Below, piece after piece: positions 63,931-64,000 of a stretch of DNA of 64,000 bases. A model generated the notes under the pieces. The model ran no database searches, was not told the DNA's origin, and worked only from the letters and a program-made list of their open reading frames with translations. The position numbers and the translations under genes were made by a program. This DNA comes from a virus. Each line of letters begins with the position of its first letter. Position 1 is the stretch's first letter. The DNA is taken from IMG/VR virus record IMGVR_UViG_3300045988_152178; one strand, given 5' to 3'.

Positions 63931-63938
63931 CAAAGGTA
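63931..63938 (-). promoter_or_regulatory. -7 box for the XRE-lipoprotein operon
   Basis: The reverse complement reads TACCTTTG. A CAAA (TTTG) lies 20 nt further upstream. Confidence 0.45.
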
Positions 63939-64000
63939 ATATGTTTATTTGGTTTTTGCAAATATTCCTAGTTAAAAGTTATATATTTATTTGTTTTTCT

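Overview
The window reads as about 64 kb of a tailed dsDNA phage or prophage. The host looks like a Bacteroidota. I infer this from repeated TAnnTTTG -7 boxes, mostly absent Shine-Dalgarno sequences and a recurrent ATGGCA start context. Layout: (i) 1-11.8 kb, plus strand: about 28 small, tightly packed or overlapping early/accessory genes. These include YopX-like, ASCH-like, DUF2829/Tad2-like, GNAT and radical SAM genes, and part of the module is duplicated. (ii) 12.0-17.4 kb, minus strand: packaging and DNA-modification genes. These are the large terminase, two DNA methyltransferases and a PAPS-reductase-like gene broken at a homopolymer. (iii) 17.5-62.3 kb, plus strand, in order: a holin-like gene and a 2309-aa tape measure protein; an iteron-rich origin-like region next to a primase-like gene; nucleotide metabolism genes (guanylate-kinase-like, a ThyX-like gene with a degenerate RHR motif, MazG); a head module (S49 protease-scaffold fusion, major capsid protein); a LysR-type regulator with its own promoter, followed by a Cys-rich membrane/secreted gene cluster; a GH108 endolysin; an SSB-like protein; a second radical SAM gene; a putative portal and large structural proteins; a ketoacyl synthase plus acyl carrier protein pair inside the tail module; and tail fibres (Ig-like, collagen-like, CBM-like). 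(iv) 62.6-63.9 kb, minus strand: a lipoprotein and an XRE regulator. I recognised no rRNA, tRNA, CRISPR array, integrase or transposase. The most notable non-standard signals are: the KS-ACP pair; a 9-copy orientation-locked hairpin repeat family with one copy in frame inside a CDS; a fixed-geometry promoter family; nested inverted repeats and iterons; G-tract frame breaks; and a decayed tail-fibre tip cassette. All functional calls come from motif recognition by eye, not database searches.
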